The notes under the pieces: model-generated | The model's input: the letters and a program-made list of their open reading frames with translations, nothing else | Databases searched by the model: none | Told to the model about the DNA's origin: nothing | Translations under genes and position numbers: made by a program | Source of the DNA: a virus | Taxonomy: Duplodnaviria; Heunggongvirae; Uroviricota; Caudoviricetes | DNA length: 8,940 bases | Virus record (IMG/VR): IMGVR_UViG_2695420456_000028 | Span: 1 to 8,940 of that record | Strand: one strand, 5' to 3' | Shown here: piece by piece, positions 5,148 through 8,940 of the stretch | Layout: each line of letters opens with the position of its first letter | Numbering within the stretch: the first letter of the stretch is position 1

Positions 5148-5654
5148 ATGGCAAGCAGAGGCGTAAATAAGGTGATTATCCTTGGTCGGGTAGGACAAGA
5201 CCCGGAAGTTCGATACTCACCATCAGGAACAGCGTTCGCTAACCTGACAATAGCCACGTCAGAACAATGGCGAGATAAAAATACTGGCGAGCAAAAGGAA
5301 TTGACTGAATGGCATCGTGTTGCTGTATCCGGGAAACTGGCTGAGGTCGTGGGGCAGTATGTGAAAAAAGGTGATCAGATTTATTTCGAGGGAATGCTGA
5401 GAACCAGAAAGTGGAAAGACCAGTCAGGGCAAGACCGTTACACAACCGAGGTTCATGTCGGAATTAATGGCGTGATGCAAATGCTTGGCGGCATTGGCGA
5501 CAGCAAACAACAAGCAGCCAGCAGGCAATCACAGAAGCCACAGCAGCAATCATCACCAGCACAACACAACGAACCTCCGATGGATTTTGACGACGATATA
5601 CCCTTTGCACCAGTAACTCTCCCCTTCCCTCGTCACGCTATTCACGCAATTTAA
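5148..5654 (+). CDS. ssb: Single-stranded DNA-binding protein (168 aa) with internal DFDDDIPF motif plus a 15-residue C-terminal extension
   Basis: OB-fold N-terminus ([18 protein letters not shown] ... TEWHRV), Gln/Pro-rich linker and [11 protein letters not shown] motif; the ORF continues [15 protein letters not shown] before TAA at 5652-5654. Confidence 0.9.
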   Translation: MASRGVNKVIILGRVGQDPEVRYSPSGTAFANLTIATSEQWRDKNTGEQKELTEWHRVAVSGKLAEVVGQYVKKGDQIYFEGMLRTRKWKDQSGQDRYTTEVHVGINGVMQMLGGIGDSKQQAASRQSQKPQQQSSPAQHNEPPMDFDDDIPFAPVTLPFPRHAIHAI

Positions 5655-5667
5655 TCAGGAGAAAATC

Positions 5668-5964
5668 ATGCCAGCGCCTCTGTATGGTGCGGATGACCCG
5701 CGCCGCTGTTCCGGCAATTCCGTATCGGAGGTGCTGGATAAATTCAGAAAAAACTACGATCGGATAATGTCTCTACCGCAGGAAACGAAAGATGAAAAGG
5801 AATTTCGCCATTGTATATGGCTTGCAGAGAAAGAAGAACGAGAGCGAATTTACCAGACATCAATCCGACCATTCCGCAAAGCCACATATACCCACTTCCC
5901 TGAATATATCGACCCGCGCCTGCGTAATTACCGCTCACGCTATGGCGCTATCAGTAATGACTGA
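5668..5964 (+). CDS. Hypothetical protein (98 aa)
   Basis: AGGAG SD 6 nt upstream of the ATG at 5668; no family recognised. Confidence 0.55.
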   Translation: MPAPLYGADDPRRCSGNSVSEVLDKFRKNYDRIMSLPQETKDEKEFRHCIWLAEKEERERIYQTSIRPFRKATYTHFPEYIDPRLRNYRSRYGAISND

Positions 5965-5974
5965 GGAATTTACC

Positions 5975-6139
5975 ATGAGAGGACTTGCATACAATCCCGG
6001 CATTCTTCCGGCAGAAATGATTATTCGCCAACGCGTAAAGCCAATGCCATCGAGAGAGGAATTGCTTAAGAGAAATAGTTTCTGTTCTGTTAATGACAAC
6101 AAATATCTGAATGCAATGTGGCGGAGTGGGAAAAAATGA
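5975..6139 (+). CDS. Hypothetical small protein (54 aa)
   Basis: GAGGA SD 7 nt upstream of the ATG at 5975; stop overlaps the next start (ATGA at 6136-6139). The track ORF 5792-6139 extends upstream across the previous gene without an SD. Confidence 0.4.
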   Translation: MRGLAYNPGILPAEMIIRQRVKPMPSREELLKRNSFCSVNDNKYLNAMWRSGKK

Positions 6140-6453
6140 CAATCACAAAACAACGTGTAGAAGAAATCATATCCCGCATTGAAATGTATGGGCATGGTGC
6201 AGGGTATACCGCTGACGAGGTTTATGACCTGGCTGTACTGGCGCTGAATTTATCAAATATCGCAAAACTCAAGCGATACGAGCTTGATATGGATGGTTGT
6301 GACTCGTTCGGTCAGGATTGTGGCGCTGACATGACTGAAGATTCTGATGGCGATTATGTCCTGTTTGATGACGTGGTTAAGTTGTTTGAGTTTGATACAA
6401 CCACTCAGAAGATAGAAAGCCCAGCAAAGGAGGCAACCAGTGAGCGAAATTAA
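6136..6453 (+). CDS. Hypothetical acidic protein (105 aa)
   Basis: ATG at 6136 is coupled to the upstream stop; the track start at 6118 is a GTG. The 3' end overlaps the next gene by 14 nt. Confidence 0.55.
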   Translation: MTITKQRVEEIISRIEMYGHGAGYTADEVYDLAVLALNLSNIAKLKRYELDMDGCDSFGQDCGADMTEDSDGDYVLFDDVVKLFEFDTTTQKIESPAKEATSERN

Positions 6454-7090
6454 TTACCAGGCACTGCGTGAGGCGGCAGAGCGTGCAATTCCGGCAATGG
6501 AACGCCTGTTAATGTTGCCAGTTGATGATGATTTGTTAAGTGAACAGGAACTTAAAGATTACGGTGTGGATATTGATGCGCTCAACGCCTTCAAATTTCT
6601 GGCCGGACCAGAAACCGTGCTGGCACTACTGGATGAATGGGAAAGAAACCAGCAATACATCAAACGCCGCGACCAGGAGAACGAGGATATTGCGCTTACG
6701 GTTGGGAAGCTGCGCGTTGAGCTGGAAGGCAAAGACAGCAAAATAGCCAATCTTACCGCCGAACGCGATGCTCTTCGTGAAGGTGAGATGGGCGACGCTA
6801 GGCATAGCAACACACGGGCCGCAGCTGATATCTACTTCCAACTGGTCGAGGAATGCGAAATTCCTGCTGGCGGATCTCTGGTCGAGTACGTTGACGATAT
6901 GCGCGAGAAGCTGGAAGCCGCAGAGAAGCGGATTGCTGAACTGGAAGCGCGGGAAATATCGCTCCCAGAACGTAGCAGCATGCTTCATCGAACAGATTTT
7001 CACGAGGATTACCAAACGGTAATGGCATACAAAGTTTCTGAAGTCATCGATGCAATCCGCGCTACTGGCATTCGCATCAAAGGAGAGTGA
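6440..7090 (+). CDS. Ea22-like coiled-coil protein (216 aa), GTG start
   Basis: AAGGAGG SD 6 nt before the GTG at 6440. Segment LLDEWERNQQYIKRRDQENEDIALTVGKLRVELE resembles lambdoid Ea22-family proteins as recalled (moderate certainty). Confidence 0.65.
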   Translation: MSEINYQALREAAERAIPAMERLLMLPVDDDLLSEQELKDYGVDIDALNAFKFLAGPETVLALLDEWERNQQYIKRRDQENEDIALTVGKLRVELEGKDSKIANLTAERDALREGEMGDARHSNTRAAADIYFQLVEECEIPAGGSLVEYVDDMREKLEAAEKRIAELEAREISLPERSSMLHRTDFHEDYQTVMAYKVSEVIDAIRATGIRIKGE

Positions 7091-7091
7091 T

Positions 7092-7949
7092 ATGAGCACT
7101 ATCACTAAAGAACGTATCGAATTGTTCATTAAATCCCCGCTTGAAAACGGGCTTACTCGTGGCGAACAAATGGAACTGGCACGAATTGCGCTGGCATCGC
7201 TGGAAGCAGAGCCTGTGGCGTATATCATTCAGGACTCTGACGCTCGTAGTCGTGGAGAGAAAGGCATCCTTCGCTATTTCGCAAATATCAGCGACGAGGA
7301 TATAAACGAGTACGAAATTACCGTAACTCCGCTTTACGCCGCCCCTCCAGAGACGGTATCTGTGCCTGATGCGATGGAAATGGATGATGACTTTGACAGC
7401 GCGTTTGAACACGGAAAAGCTGTCGGCTGGAACGCCTATCGCGCAGCCATGCTTCAGTCCGGAAACTTTCGGGAAAACAAGAATTCGTCAACCAATAATT
7501 TTCGTGAAATCGCGGAAACGTCAACCAACTATCCGGTAATTCCTAGTGAGGTGTTGTCCGCAATCCAGAAGGTTGCCAAGATTCGTGCCGATTTCGATGA
7601 TTTTGACGGTGACAGGCGAGGTATCTGTGATTGTCTGGATGAGGCTGAGCAAGAGCTTATCGTTACCATTAACAAATATGCCAGTCAGTTGGCAGCAGAA
7701 CCTATCGCGCCTAATGACGTTCGAGAGCAGACAGCCATTCCGCAAGTTCCGGTAACTCCGGATGGTTGGATAAGCTGTAGTGAGCGAATGCCGAAAGGGT
7801 ATGCTGATGTGTTAGTGACCGATGGCGAGCATGTCGAGGTTAAATGGTGGGATGAATCTGGGTATTGGAATAGTTGGACGGAACTTAACTCAGATATCTT
7901 TGCCGATGAAATAACTCACTGGATGCCGCTACCAGAGCCTCCACTTTGA
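7092..7949 (+). CDS. DUF551-domain protein (285 aa)
   Basis: AAGGAGAG SD; the C-terminal segment ending THWMPLPEPPL is typical of DUF551 proteins of lambdoid prophages as recalled. Start at 7092 rather than the track start 7050. Confidence 0.7.
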   Translation: MSTITKERIELFIKSPLENGLTRGEQMELARIALASLEAEPVAYIIQDSDARSRGEKGILRYFANISDEDINEYEITVTPLYAAPPETVSVPDAMEMDDDFDSAFEHGKAVGWNAYRAAMLQSGNFRENKNSSTNNFREIAETSTNYPVIPSEVLSAIQKVAKIRADFDDFDGDRRGICDCLDEAEQELIVTINKYASQLAAEPIAPNDVREQTAIPQVPVTPDGWISCSERMPKGYADVLVTDGEHVEVKWWDESGYWNSWTELNSDIFADEITHWMPLPEPPL

Positions 7950-8045
7950 AAGCGAAGCTTATACATATCTTTTACATCAGCAATCTATTGTTAATCTCCA
8001 ATCAATGTTACGTTGTCATCTCACTCATGCTTTGGAGGTAGTGAT

Positions 8046-8225
8046 ATGTCTTGTCCAAAATGCGGTTCTGGAAATATTGCAAAAGAAAAAACAATGCGTG
8101 GATGGTCTGATGATTATGTGTGCTGCGATTGCGGATACAACGACTCTAAAGACGCATTTGGAGAGCGTGGTAAAAACGAGTTTGTCAAAATTAATAAAGA
8201 ACGCGAAGGCAACGAAAAAAGCTAA
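8046..8225 (+). CDS. Small zinc-ribbon protein (59 aa, CPKC ... CCDCG)
   Basis: GGAGG SD 7 nt upstream of the ATG at 8046; four-Cys arrangement C-x2-C ... C-x-C. The track start at 8013 has no SD. Confidence 0.55.
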   Translation: MSCPKCGSGNIAKEKTMRGWSDDYVCCDCGYNDSKDAFGERGKNEFVKINKEREGNEKS

Positions 8226-8288
8226 TTTATTTATTCATATATGAAAACAATGTAACCAATATTCGAATTGAAGAACTGAAAGAACACC

Positions 8289-8312
8289 AAGCCGCCTGAT
8301 GGCGGTTTTTTT
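8289..8312 (+). terminator. Intrinsic terminator: AAGCCGCC-TGAT-GGCGGTT then TTTTTTT
   Basis: GC-rich stem and T7 run read directly; the SD of the next ORF follows immediately. Confidence 0.65.
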
Positions 8313-8326
8313 ATTGGAGACAAGAA

Positions 8327-8671
8327 ATGTCAGATTTGGCTATGAAGGTTTTGAAATGGCAATCGACTGGCGATGTCGGCATCAGTAGCGCAACTCTTGC
8401 CTCAATCGCATGTGGACTGAAAAAGAATATCTATGGTCATCACTTCGGCGCTCCACATGACGCAGCCGATTTCCGGCGATGCGTTGCACTTGTTGAGCAG
8501 ATTCCAGAAATCAGAGATTCATTCGACAAGGTTGCAAAGCGCGTTCCGGCATTCAAAGGAATCCTCAACGAATGGGATTCACTCGTTGCTCTGTTGAAGT
8601 CTGAAATGAAGATACACGAAAACAAAGCACCAGAGACTTACAGAAGAATTAGCGAGCTACGCAAGGACTAA
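8327..8671 (+). CDS. Hypothetical protein (114 aa)
   Basis: GGAG SD 7 nt upstream of the ATG at 8327; bracketed by terminator-like hairpins. No family recognised. Confidence 0.6.
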   Translation: MSDLAMKVLKWQSTGDVGISSATLASIACGLKKNIYGHHFGAPHDAADFRRCVALVEQIPEIRDSFDKVAKRVPAFKGILNEWDSLVALLKSEMKIHENKAPETYRRISELRKD

Positions 8672-8710
8672 CGCCTCACACTCGATGAGGCCTGTACATA
8701 TCTGATAGAT

Positions 8711-8733
8711 CCGCTATATGGCGGTTTCTTTTT
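8711..8733 (+). terminator. Weak terminator-like hairpin CCGC-TATATG-GCGG followed by TTTCTTTTT
   Basis: Short 4-bp stem and T-rich tail read directly; a second hairpin GCCTCA-N7-TGAGGC lies at 8673-8691. Confidence 0.35.
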
Positions 8734-8748
8734 GCCTGGAGAATTAAG

Positions 8749-8940
8749 ATGACCGATACCAGCCTGATTCCTGAGAAAGAAGTGATGAACAAGCTCGGTG
8801 TTTCATCACGTCAGACAATCTGGAACTATACCAAACGGCACGGATTTCCGAAGCCAGTCAGAACCCACCCCAAATCATACCTTCGTGAAGCTGTTGAGGG
8901 GTGGATTCTTAACGGTGGCGTTAATCAGAAATGCTCCTGA
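8749..8940 (+). CDS. xis: AlpA/Xis-family DNA-binding protein, candidate excisionase (63 aa)
   Basis: GGAG SD 7 nt upstream. Segment KEVMNKLGVSSRQTIWNYTKRHGFPKP resembles AlpA/excisionase-type regulators as recalled; it is the last gene of the pL operon, so an integrase is expected just beyond the window. Confidence 0.7.
   Translation: MTDTSLIPEKEVMNKLGVSSRQTIWNYTKRHGFPKPVRTHPKSYLREAVEGWILNGGVNQKCS

Noticed and set aside
6626-7228. 200-aa minus-strand ORF antisense to the Ea22-like and DUF551 genes
   Set aside because: Ser/Ala-rich low-complexity translation typical of the antisense frame of an acidic coding region; the plus-strand genes have SDs and fit the operon direction.
8291-8299. Hairpin loops containing in-frame TGA, suggesting remnant gene 3' ends
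   Set aside because: Tracing the frame upstream of 8297-8299 finds no start codon before an in-frame stop at 8195-8197; the TGA is part of the hairpin motif, not a gene end.
1-8940. CRISPR arrays, tRNA or rRNA genes, IS elements or att sites
   Set aside because: No spaced short direct-repeat arrays, no cloverleaf-like tRNA candidates, no terminal inverted repeats flanking a transposase-like ORF; the window is entirely phage early-region DNA.

Overview
This window reads as the immunity and early-left (pL) region of a lambda-like prophage from an enterobacterial host, with no sign of an exotic multi-gene system; the most interesting parts are small accessory ORF clusters of unknown function. 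All calls are from reading the sequence and from recalled lambda biology; no searches were run. Layout: a rightward-operon fragment on the minus strand (cro 1082-1297, nutR, cII 684-965, a small basic ORF, then an O-like replication initiator 1-501 with ori-type iterons inside it), a divergent cI repressor on the plus strand (1408-2067, HTH plus LexA-type autocleavage domain), and an OR control region between them. After an intrinsic terminator and an empty cI-pL gap (no rexAB-like genes), pL/OL and a lambda-type nutL drive a plus-strand operon: N (2490-2822), small ORFs and ral, two coupled unknown ORFs, a structured non-coding gap, a cIII-like gene, two overlapping small ORFs, a Rad52-family annealing protein with SSB (in place of lambda gam/bet/exo), three coupled unknown ORFs, an Ea22-like coiled-coil protein, a DUF551 protein, a zinc-ribbon protein, a 114-aa unknown ORF and an AlpA/Xis-type excisionase at the window end (integrase presumably just beyond). 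Best candidates for new biology are the accessory clusters at 2830-3828 and 5668-6453, the structured gap at 3829-4014, and an SSB whose conserved DDDIPF tip is buried under a 15-residue extension. A candidate operator family (AGTAC-N5-GTAYT) was derived directly from the OR and OL sequences.
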